A stretch of DNA of 64,000 nt from contig JBAZFZ010000004.1 in assembly GCA_041653075.1 (NCBI GenBank), positions 2,699 to 66,698 on the forward strand, in the 5' to 3' direction. Below are positions 1-8,726 of this stretch, one piece after another. A program made the translations under genes and the position numbers. Position 1 is the first letter of the stretch, and each line of letters opens with the position of its first letter. A model generated the notes under the pieces. That model did no database searches. It had not been told where the DNA came from and was given only the letters and a program-made list of their open reading frames with translations. This DNA comes from Methanoregula sp. (GTDB lineage: Archaea; Halobacteriota; Methanomicrobia; Methanomicrobiales; Methanospirillaceae).

Positions 1-440
1 GGGTCCTTTAAGACCTTCCCGGACGCTGCGGGAATACCCATCCCGAAGACGTAGACGTAGTTAACCATCATACAGGTGATGGCCATCATCAGGCCGCCGC
101 CGATACCGCCGGTGATCACTGCAATGACAAGTCCCTGTTCTGCTGCCCAGGCACCGCCAAAGAGTCCGGCAAGTCCTGCGCCCGCTGCAAGCATGGCGAC
201 ACCGGTTGCGATACCCGGTGCCTGACCCATTGCTGCGGGTGCTCCGCCGACCGGGACGAAGTGGACACCAAAGCCAATCATGACACCGCCGATGACGACG
301 CCGATGAGGGCCATGAGGCCGATTCCCGGAGAGATTACGTATGCAATCCCAAGGAGGATGATCAGCATGACGATCCCGACAGCCATTGCTCCTGGATTCA
401 TTGCTGACCCTGCCTGGGGTTTTGCTGCAATTGCGGTCAT
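1..440 (-). CDS. mtrD: Tetrahydromethanopterin S-methyltransferase subunit D (5' part, runs off the window edge)
   Basis: ATG at 440, 3 nt after the mtrE stop. Translates MTAIAAKPQAGS...GVHFVPVGGAPAAMGQAPGIATG, the MtrD motif. Canonical mtrED order. Confidence 0.93.
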   Translation of the reverse strand, partial: MTAIAAKPQAGSAMNPGAMAVGIVMLIILLGIAYVISPGIGLMALIGVVIGGVMIGFGVHFVPVGGAPAAMGQAPGIATGVAMLAAGAGLAGLFGGAWAAEQGLVIAVITGGIGGGLMMAITCMMVNYVYVFGMGIPAASGKVLKD

Positions 441-443
441 AGT

Positions 444-1340
444 TTAGGCCTCCTTTACGGGTGCCGTGTAGGGACCGTAGTTCTTGCGGGCCCAGACCTC
501 GATGTACCGGTCAATGATCGTGAAGACGAGGATGATCAGGATACCGACAATGATTGCTCCCCAGCCGGCGCCGACCTTCTCGAAGAGAATGGTACGCCAG
601 AGTTCAAGGAATACAATCAGACCAAAACAGAGTCCCGATGCCGGTCCGCCGAACTTGGCGGTGAAGTATCCGTTGTCAAGCGAGTTGCGCTCGCCTGCTT
701 CGGCATAGCAGACAATGTTACCCGATGCTGAGATCGGGACACCTGCACCGAACTTCTGGTTCTGGTACTGGCGCTCCTTACCATAGTACGGGTTGCCTGT
801 TGCAGATCCTGCTGCACCCAGTGCGATTCCCCAGATGAAACCGAGCAGCGGCAGCGGGAACGGGTGTCCCAGTGCGACGTTGATCAGGTAACAGATGGTG
901 ACGGTACAGAATACTGCGACAAAAGCGTGTGCCATGGCAACTGTTGTCATGGACTTTAAGATATCCACGTAAACCGGCTGGCCGAACTTAGCAAGACTCG
1001 ATGTCCTGCCAAGGTATGCAGTTGTTGCATATACGGCCTGCACAAAGACTGCAAGAATTGAGCCCAGGACAATCGCGAGAACCGCGTTGATCTGCATGGC
1101 GAGAAACGCCCATGCAAGTCCTGCGCCCAGGCCACACCACAGTGCATATGCCGGCGGTTCACCGGCAACTGCCTTATTGAAGATGCGGTGTAAGTGCCCC
1201 ATCTGCGGAGCGAGCTGAACCTGTGAGTTCGGGTCTCCCTGAGATCCGATGTTGGATTCAGTATCTTCCGCGGAACCGGCTACGGTGGCAAGAGCTCCTG
1301 CCAATGCAGTAATTCCAATGCCAAATACAATAGATTCCAT
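444..1340 (-). CDS. mtrE: Tetrahydromethanopterin S-methyltransferase subunit E
   Basis: AEDxESNIGSQGDPNSQVQLAPQMG and HRIFNKAVAGEP motifs; hydrophobic; GGAGG RBS upstream. Confidence 0.97.
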   Translation of the reverse strand: MESIVFGIGITALAGALATVAGSAEDTESNIGSQGDPNSQVQLAPQMGHLHRIFNKAVAGEPPAYALWCGLGAGLAWAFLAMQINAVLAIVLGSILAVFVQAVYATTAYLGRTSSLAKFGQPVYVDILKSMTTVAMAHAFVAVFCTVTICYLINVALGHPFPLPLLGFIWGIALGAAGSATGNPYYGKERQYQNQKFGAGVPISASGNIVCYAEAGERNSLDNGYFTAKFGGPASGLCFGLIVFLELWRTILFEKVGAGWGAIIVGILIILVFTIIDRYIEVWARKNYGPYTAPVKEA

Positions 1341-1919
1341 TTAGCCTCCTCCCTGCGTGCGAATGCACGAGGTATTCAAAATGCAATGCCACGCACATCG
1401 AGTTAAACTCTTTGTGGTTAGTGTAAAATTAGTGAGATCTTGATTAAAAGGTTTCGAAATCTTATCCGGGAAAATGTGGGGCATTTAAACCCGGAATCAG
1501 GAAAACAGAGCTCATATTGGATTATTCTTCCGTGTAAATTTACTTTAATGAAAGACAGGTTGTGTTGTGCAGCGGAAGCTCATGTCCGGGGGCAGGCGTC
1601 GGAATTGCCGGAAAACCGGTTGTGCTTCAGTGTTTGCAGTAGTATTGTGTGTAGTGCTGTTCTGATCCTGTAATATCAGGTACTATAGTATTGGGTATCT
1701 TCCGGGAGATATCTGAGTGTTTACCAGTGGAGACTTTTCTAAGTCTGGTTTTATTCATGCAATGCTTACGTTATTAGTATACTTGGTAAGGTCAGCTGCC
1801 GACCGGCCGCCATGGTGCAGACCACGACCGGTTTAGGGGTGCATTCGTTCTCCCGGGATGTAGGCATACCGGGCCAGACTGGAGTGGGTCTGGGAGAATT
1901 CACGGACCGGTGATTTGCT

Positions 1920-2417
1920 ATGGCACAGGGTAGTACAAACGAGGCATGGCTCCGGGTAGCAGTCGGTGGGGATATTCCGGCTCTTGCGGTGTTTCACCGG
2001 AAGATGTTTGAGGAGATCTGGCAGGCGTCCGGGATTGCCGCTGCCCCGGGGGCGATGCAGGCCGTTGAGGAGGAATACGGCCGGAAACTTTCCCGGGAAC
2101 TGGCTGATGGTTCCTGCACGGCATGGGTCGTGGAGGAGGACGGCCGGGTGGTGGCAGGGGGAGCGGTGAGCACGGTCTCCTATGTGCCGGTTCCCCACGA
2201 TCCGGCCTGCACGATGGCATTCCTCCACAGCGTGTATACGGAGACAGGATCCCGACATCACGGATATGCCCGGATGATCACGGATGAGGCGGTCCGGTTC
2301 TGTAAGAGCCGGGGGATAAAGCGGTTGTATCTTTTCGCAAGTGAAGCGGGCCGACCGGTGTACGAGAAGAGCGGGTTTGGACCGGTGCCGAATATGATGC
2401 AGAAATATATTTTGTGA
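1920..2417 (+). CDS. GNAT family N-acetyltransferase
   Basis: SVYT...RHHGYAR acetyl-CoA-binding motif and LxAS..GRPVYEKSGF C-terminal motif. Confidence 0.88.
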   Translation: MAQGSTNEAWLRVAVGGDIPALAVFHRKMFEEIWQASGIAAAPGAMQAVEEEYGRKLSRELADGSCTAWVVEEDGRVVAGGAVSTVSYVPVPHDPACTMAFLHSVYTETGSRHHGYARMITDEAVRFCKSRGIKRLYLFASEAGRPVYEKSGFGPVPNMMQKYIL

Positions 2418-2469
2418 TGGGGAGTTGAGCAGGGGGAGCTTTTCCCCGCATGGCTGTATGAAAGAGCTG

Positions 2470-2522
2470 ACCCGGGGCTTCCCCCGGAAACCCCGGGCCG
2501 CTGTTTTTTTGTTGTTTTTGTT
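2470..2522 (+). terminator. GC hairpin followed by T-tracts between convergent genes
   Basis: cccgggg...ccccggg stem followed by tttttttgttgttttt. Confidence 0.5.
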
Positions 2523-3025
2523 CAGACAAGTGCCGGGACGCCGTCTGCCCAGGTTTCGATCCGGGTCCGGATGGCGTCGTCCTCGTAAGACGAGATGGTG
2601 ACCTGCTGGCGGGAGAAGTTGACGAAGTACAACTCCCCGTTGGGGTCATGGCACTTGAGGGTCGCAGAGAAGCTGTCCGCGTCAGCGTTTCTTACCGGCG
2701 TTCCCTTGTGGGCCGTGCTGTTTGCGGTGTTTGCAAGGACTGCGGCGATGCCGGCGTTAAAGCCGTCGATGGTTTCGTAGGTGTCTGCGGACCTGCCGAC
2801 GGTTTTTGTGTTGCTGTCCTGGTACACGATCTTTGCTGTGTAGCTCTCGCGAGTCTTTTCTACGGGCGGGTGAGCTGCGCCCGAGGCCATATACGATACG
2901 CACCCGAATGGGTTTGTGGAGATCACGGACTGGACAATCTCGCTGAATGCGTCGATGTCCGCGATGGGTTCCGCAAGTTTCCGGGTTGCACTTTTTATGT
3001 TGGTGTTTTCTGTAAAATCTGCCAT
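2522..3025 (-). CDS. Hypothetical protein (167 aa, soluble, Ala/Thr-rich)
   Basis: Strong AAGGAGG RBS, protein-like composition, host-like codon use. Function not recognised. Confidence 0.8.
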   Translation of the reverse strand: MADFTENTNIKSATRKLAEPIADIDAFSEIVQSVISTNPFGCVSYMASGAAHPPVEKTRESYTAKIVYQDSNTKTVGRSADTYETIDGFNAGIAAVLANTANSTAHKGTPVRNADADSFSATLKCHDPNGELYFVNFSRQQVTISSYEDDAIRTRIETWADGVPALV

Positions 3026-3508
3026 TGTTGTTTCCTCCTTTGTTTTTTTTGGTTTGTCTCGGGGCGCCCTTTGACATACTATTATTGACTGTGGTGGGAT
3101 AAAGTCCTGAAAAGGAAAATGAATCCGAGGCAGATATGCGTCCTGTTCGCATTTTTAAAGCTGTGGACACGCGCTCGCAGTGAATGAAGCCCTGTGCTGC
3201 GATATTTTATGGATTCGGATTCTGGAGGCTTTCGTATGGCGGGAATGATATCTCCTTTTATTATTGTGCCCCTCCCTAGGTCTGGTATGAACGTGCGGGT
3301 GCCCTTCATGCCGGTTACACCGGTTTGAAAATCCGGAACAGGGCGAAAAAAAGGTCTTCCTTCCACTGCGGGATGTGACCCGGATTTGCCGGAGTATATC
3401 CGGGACAGCCCTGATGAAGCGTCTCACGCGGGACCCAAATAATGGCGCGGCAAAAAACCTGGGAGAGTAAATATGTCCTCCCGGGAATCCATCTTGTGAA
3501 AAAAAGGA

Positions 3509-4027
3509 TTATTGTTTGAGGATTGCTACAAAGTCCCAGTCGTATCTGATACCACCGGGGTAGGCCTGGTAGTACCTCCAGCCTGCTGCTGGTGAGGTGA
3601 CCCAGATCATGACCTTTCCCGGGGCATCCCTGGACAGGGCGCAGGCGGTCTTGAAATGCACGGGGAAGAGTTCCCTGAGGGTTTTTGCGTCCGGCACTTT
3701 TTTCCGGGACCAGACGATGGTGACGATGAGGTTCCCGGAGCTTTTGGTAGCGATGATGGTCTGGGGGAGGCGCAGGCCCGAGGGAAGGGCCCGGCCGGTT
3801 GCGTAGCCGTTTATCTCCAGGATCCGCAGCGCTTCATAGACATACGGGGAGCAGTGTGAGGGCTTTCTCTTTTTGACCTCGGGAATGTTCTCCATTTCGT
3901 GGGCGTCGGTCCCTGGTGATTCACCTGCGATTGCTTCGCAGGGATTAATCCGGCTGCTGTACAGGGCACCGGATGGTACGGGGCCCGGTGCGGTCACCCC
4001 CTCGTTTGTAGTTGCTGTTGTCTGCAT
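3509..4027 (-). CDS. Hypothetical protein with a degenerate Hjc/PD-(D/E)XK-like fold
   Basis: AGGAGTG RBS 6 nt before the ATG at 4027. EALRILEINGY...SGLRLPQTIIATK resembles the Hjc pattern ExxxxLxxxGF...SG..PDIIAxK. Confidence 0.6.
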   Translation of the reverse strand: MQTTATTNEGVTAPGPVPSGALYSSRINPCEAIAGESPGTDAHEMENIPEVKKRKPSHCSPYVYEALRILEINGYATGRALPSGLRLPQTIIATKSSGNLIVTIVWSRKKVPDAKTLRELFPVHFKTACALSRDAPGKVMIWVTSPAAGWRYYQAYPGGIRYDWDFVAILKQ

Positions 4028-4284
4028 AGGCATCACTCCTTTGTGAAGGATAATCTGGCCCTGGTTTCCCAGGTGTTCTTCGGTCCGGTGCATGGCGGGC
4101 GCGAAAAAAAAGCCCGCTTTTTTTGAAAAGGTCGCGGCAGCGGCAAAGCCCCGGGGGAGAGCGGTCACCCGGGCATGTGCCGGGTGAATGATGAACCGTC
4201 GTTACCCCTGTGTACGGGAATGGTTTAACCCAAAGGTCCGCACGGCAGGGCTGCGTTGTTTCCTGTTAGTCCGGGATAATCCGG

Positions 4285-4551
4285 TCAGGAAACAAGCGGC
4301 CGCCGGGTATGGGGCTTGCGACGTAAAGAAGAGTTGGCGGGGTGTGCTGTACCGTGCCGGGCGCCCGCGGATTCTGCCCGGTCTGCGGAGGTCAGGAATT
4401 TCGGTTCTTGTTCGCATCTAATGACCCCGGCAAGTCCGAAGACAAAGACTACGAAGTAGGAGCAGAACCGGGCAAACCGGCAGGCTGCCTGCCGTGCGTA
4501 CCCAAGGCCTCTCATCGCCCTCGCAATCCGTGTGAAGAATTCCTGGATCAT
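4285..4551 (-). CDS. Possible small hypothetical protein
   Basis: ATG downstream of an AT-rich TATA-like region; one short hydrophobic segment; no recognisable family. Confidence 0.3.
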   Translation of the reverse strand: MIQEFFTRIARAMRGLGYARQAACRFARFCSYFVVFVFGLAGVIRCEQEPKFLTSADRAESAGARHGTAHPANSSLRRKPHTRRPLVS

Positions 4552-4765
4552 TGTGCTTATTTTATAGAATGAATTCAGGGTTTAAATACTTCCCGGTAAT
4601 TGCGAAAAAATTTGGAGTTATCTGGCGAAATGGGGCGCGTATCATTGTTGGATTGGTATAACCTGCGGGTTATGGGAATGAACTCCGCAGGGGGGGAGAA
4701 CCTGTAATCGCCAATTTTTTTATTGGATTATATGTAAATAGAAAAGGTTAATTTTCTATGACATT

Positions 4766-5932
4766 TTAGTCCCAATATCTAATCGCATATTTTTTTAGAA
4801 TAAATAGTAAAATCCCTCCGAATAGGAGTAGACATAAAATAGTTCCAATTATCGTTCCTTTTAGGGATAGTATGTTTTGTGCATAATTTGCAATGGTGGC
4901 GAAAATAATTGCAAAAAAGATCATTACTCCATTTAATATGTTGTAAATTGAATTTGATTTCGGAAAAATATCCTGTAATCTATCTGAAAATTTACGATTC
5001 TGTTCAGATTCAATCTCTTGACTCTCGTTGTCCACTATTTGAAAAACCGCATTTTTATTGAGATGAACCCATCCATGATTTGCGGATAAGTAAGTAATGT
5101 AATCACCTTCAGTTGTGAAGATATAAACATTAGATATTCTCTCGCCATTTAATGCGATTATTGTTGAAACATTCGCTGGAAGGTTATTCAAAATCCCAAA
5201 AGTCCAAACATATGTAAGGAGCAAAGTATCGATTATTAATATGATGATGATATTTGAATTAAAAATATATCCAAATATTGCCATTTCTAAAATTAAAATA
5301 AAAATTAACGCAGTCATCGAGTCATATTTTTTTGAATAATGTTCATCATTCATAAATTTATTAAGTGATTCTAAAATTGAAGGTGTGAATGATTTTTTCG
5401 TATTCATTAGTAATATTATGCTTAAAAAAGTACATACCAATATACCAATTAAATATGATATGAGTGTTATCTCGATTATATTGGTTGGAGATAATAAACT
5501 GAACTCTCCCAAAAAAAAGCACTCTATTATTAAAATTGTCACAATTAAACTTAAAATAAATGCATAAAAAAAAGAGATGCCCAATTTTTTATTTTCTTTA
5601 GAATGATTCGATAAAAGTAACAAACCGCTGGTGTTTAAAAAATGAAACAGATAACAATATCCAATAAATAATCCTAGAATTGCTAAAAGGATTGCAATAT
5701 CTCCTGTTTGTATGTAATTTATCAGATTTTGCATTGAATATACCGAAGATGTGAAGAATGTAGAATAGCCATTCTCTAATGGATTCAGATAGGTATAGTA
5801 AAAAACAATTGTATACCCTATGATAAGAACCAATAAAAAAATAAAAAAATTTACAAAATTGAAAATTATCCGAAAGGGGGTATATGGATTAATGGACTGA
5901 ATTTTTGTGATAAATTCTTTCAAAAAATTCAT
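4766..5932 (-). CDS. AT-rich polytopic membrane protein of unknown function, probably horizontally acquired
   Basis: 388-aa ORF rich in I/L/F/N with many hydrophobic segments; DNA is visibly much more AT-rich than the flanks. Confidence 0.75.
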   Translation of the reverse strand: MNFLKEFITKIQSINPYTPFRIIFNFVNFFIFLLVLIIGYTIVFYYTYLNPLENGYSTFFTSSVYSMQNLINYIQTGDIAILLAILGLFIGYCYLFHFLNTSGLLLLSNHSKENKKLGISFFYAFILSLIVTILIIECFFLGEFSLLSPTNIIEITLISYLIGILVCTFLSIILLMNTKKSFTPSILESLNKFMNDEHYSKKYDSMTALIFILILEMAIFGYIFNSNIIIILIIDTLLLTYVWTFGILNNLPANVSTIIALNGERISNVYIFTTEGDYITYLSANHGWVHLNKNAVFQIVDNESQEIESEQNRKFSDRLQDIFPKSNSIYNILNGVMIFFAIIFATIANYAQNILSLKGTIIGTILCLLLFGGILLFILKKYAIRYWD

Positions 5933-6030
5933 TATTATATGATTTTCACTTAAAGGATAAATGTATATTTAAAACATAATTGTTTATCTTGTTTCAAAGG
6001 AATCAAATCTTGTTTTGTAGTTAAAATTCC

Positions 6031-6474
6031 AAAGGGGGTATACCCCCCTCCCCTTAGTCCCGCTCGCCCCGCCCCCTCCAATCCCCCAATTCCCCACACC
6101 TTTTCGTCGTAACCAACCCCCCAACCGGTCCGGTTCCGACCCCCTACCCCGCTTCCGAAAGTCCTGAGTGGGAGGGGGTAACCCCCTGTTTGGCTGGCAC
6201 ATGGGTGGGGGGTAGGCCCCCTGCTGAGGGAATGCAAAGGGGGGAGGTATCCCCCCTGCCCCCTCCCCCCGTTTTGGCCCGGAAGCGTTGTGGTTATCGT
6301 CGGAGAACCGGGTTTTAGGTATGCCGTTTTCCACCCGGTTTCTGGTTTGCGTTGGGCTCTTTGAAATCCTGGAGGGGAGGGGGTAGCCCCCCTGCTTGGC
6401 CGGCACATGGGTGGGGGGTAGATCCCCTCCCGGAAAAAAAGCGATGGGGGGGGAGGGGGGCCTACCCCCCGCCC
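6031..6474. repeat. G/C-run palindromic repeat locus A: half unit at ~6031-6055 plus two ~100-bp units (6170-6268, 6374-6474)
   Basis: Units share GGGAGGGGGT..CCCCC...TGGCYGGCACATGGG...GGTA..CCCC and end in C-runs. The same unit recurs at 59625-59950. Confidence 0.85.
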
Positions 6475-6525
6475 GGTTTGTGGGAAAGGAGAAAAGTTAT
6501 CCCCTGTCGAAACCGATTAAGGACT

Positions 6526-6999
6526 ATGAACGATACGGAAACCGGTGTGTCGGACGATCGGATCGCGCCCCTCGAACAGCGGATAAATGCCCTTGAAAAC
6601 CTGGTCAAGGGCATGATACAGGAGATGCTCGACTGTAAAGCGCTCGTCATGACATACTCCCGTAACGCAAAAGAACCCGCCCGCCGGGTTGTCGTGGAGG
6701 AACAAAAAGAGCAGCAGGTTTCACCCGCCGAACCTGAACCGGCACCCGCCCCCATGGAACAGAAAACCGTGATCCGGCCCAAGTCAGCGCAGCAGCCAAA
6801 AGCCCCTGCCGTCCCGGCCGAGCCTGCCATGGTACGGATTATGCAGAGCGACGGCACATGGAAGATGGAGCCCCGGCGCGGCGAGGCCGGCACCATCGAC
6901 ACATCCCCGAGGCCCGGGGGCAGCCATATCGTCGTCACCCCCAAAAACTCCTCAAAAGTCATCACTGCTTCCGACAATAAAAAGAAAGGCCAGAAATAA
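6526..6999 (+). CDS. Hypothetical protein: N-terminal coiled coil, Pro/Ala linker, C-terminal MVRIMQSDGTWKMEPRRG motif
   Basis: ATG at 6526; heptad pattern RIAPLEQRINALENLVKGMIQEMLD. The upstream part of the computed ORF lies within the repeat. Confidence 0.75.
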   Translation: MNDTETGVSDDRIAPLEQRINALENLVKGMIQEMLDCKALVMTYSRNAKEPARRVVVEEQKEQQVSPAEPEPAPAPMEQKTVIRPKSAQQPKAPAVPAEPAMVRIMQSDGTWKMEPRRGEAGTIDTSPRPGGSHIVVTPKNSSKVITASDNKKKGQK

Positions 7000-7312
7000 A
7001 TCTACCCTCGCAGGGCCGGGCCGGCACTGGCGGTTCCGCTGGGATTATCACCTTTTTTGCAGAGTCCGGGTGTTTCTCCCATTTTTCCTCTCCTCCCACT
7101 CTCGTATACAGGGATCACGATGCCGTCCACCGGCCTTGGACGGTCCGCGATAATCCCCGGTACCGAAGGGACCGGACCCGCATTGCGAGACAAATGGTAC
7201 ATAACCCACGATACCTGCGGCCCCCGGGGGTTCGGTCCGGCAGCTTCTCGTTGAACAGAGCACATTGAAGATCGATGTGATTAAAAAGACCGTTACCTCA
7301 CACATGAACACT

Positions 7313-8659
7313 ATGAAAAGAACGTCCGGTGAACTCATGTGCGTGCTCGTCCTCTGCCTTGCGCTTCTCGGAACCGGCTGTACGCAGCAGTCTGGTGTAA
7401 CAGCCGCACCAGCAGGGAATTCCACCGTCTCCCCGCAGGTGACCACCACCTCCAATGAGACTCTCGTAGCCTTTGTCGACAGCGCAGCCGCCTATGTAAA
7501 AGCAAACGGCAAAGAAAAAGCCCTTGCCGAGTTCAACGATAAGAATGGCTCGTTTTTCCGGGGCGAGCTCTATGTCTATGCCTATGACTTCAATGGCACT
7601 ACCCTTGCCCACCCGGTAAACCCGGAAGCTGTCGGGAAGAAACGCGAAGGTGCAAACGGCGTCTTTGTCACCGAAATGGCAAACGTTGTAAAAAATGGGA
7701 GCGGGTATTATCCACTCATCTATGCCAACCCGGCCCACAACCAGACCCTTGAGACCAAGCTGTGCTACTGTGTAAAGATCGATGATACCTGGTGGCTTGG
7801 TTCCGGGATATACACGGGTCCTGTTGAACCCGCCGTTGCAGCATCGCCTGATGCACCTGCAACCACGCAGGAGATCAAGGATTTTGTCGACAACGCCGCA
7901 GCCTACGCACAGAAAAACGGGAAGGCCGCCGCACTCTCTGCCTTCTCCAACACATCCGGCCCGTTTGTTGTTGGCGATGTCTACATCTATGCACTTGACT
8001 ATTCCGGTCGGGACCTTGCCCTGCCCTACCAGCCGCAACTGGTCGGCACCAGTTTCAATGACCTTCAGGACAATTCCGGCAGGTATTACACCCGGACTGA
8101 GATCGCGCTTGCAAAAGACGGCGGCGGCTACCTCCTGTACCAGTACCCGGACCCGTCCGATAATTTCACGGTGAAATACAAGGTCAGTTACGTGCGACCA
8201 GTCGATGACACATACTGGATCGGGGCCGGCATCTATACAAGCGGGGATTTGCTGGTCGATGAGGACCTCCGAGAGTTTGTTGTGGATGCACGGACCTATG
8301 CGTCAGCCAATGGCAAAGAACAAGCCCTTGCCGGATTCAACGACAAAAACGGCTCATTTATCAGAGACGATCTCTACATCTTTGCCTACGACTACAACGG
8401 CACGACCCTCGCATGGCCGTACCGCCCCGACCTGATGGGTGTCAACCGGCTCAATGCGACTGACAGTGTGGGGAACCACCATATCGCGGCCATGCTTGCG
8501 GGCGCGAAAAACGGGACTGCAATGGTGGAATATTACTCGGTAAACCCGGCCACAAACACCACGGAGCTCAAGATCAGTTACGTGACGGATGTCGATGGCA
8601 CCTGGATGCTTGGCGCAGGACGGTACCTGGAGCCCGGCCCGGTCGTTCTCCGGGGATAA
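7313..8659 (+). CDS. Secreted or lipid-anchored protein with three tandem single Cache (sCache_2-like) domains
   Basis: Signal peptide ending LLGTGC; three repeats of FV..A..Y...NGK..AL..F.....F....Y(I/V)(Y/F)AxD..G..LAxP...YV..(V/I)DxTWxxGxGxY. Confidence 0.88.
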   Translation: MKRTSGELMCVLVLCLALLGTGCTQQSGVTAAPAGNSTVSPQVTTTSNETLVAFVDSAAAYVKANGKEKALAEFNDKNGSFFRGELYVYAYDFNGTTLAHPVNPEAVGKKREGANGVFVTEMANVVKNGSGYYPLIYANPAHNQTLETKLCYCVKIDDTWWLGSGIYTGPVEPAVAASPDAPATTQEIKDFVDNAAAYAQKNGKAAALSAFSNTSGPFVVGDVYIYALDYSGRDLALPYQPQLVGTSFNDLQDNSGRYYTRTEIALAKDGGGYLLYQYPDPSDNFTVKYKVSYVRPVDDTYWIGAGIYTSGDLLVDEDLREFVVDARTYASANGKEQALAGFNDKNGSFIRDDLYIFAYDYNGTTLAWPYRPDLMGVNRLNATDSVGNHHIAAMLAGAKNGTAMVEYYSVNPATNTTELKISYVTDVDGTWMLGAGRYLEPGPVVLRG

Positions 8660-8726
8660 ACGGGACCAAAAGCACATCCCGAAAAAAAGGATCCCGACCG
8701 GATGATGTGACCGGCAGTCCGACCGG

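Noticed and set aside
5950-6525. Gly/Pro-rich ORFs across the G/C repeats (also 59373-60001)
   Set aside because: They arise from stop-poor G/C runs, are open in several frames on both strands and have no protein-like motifs.
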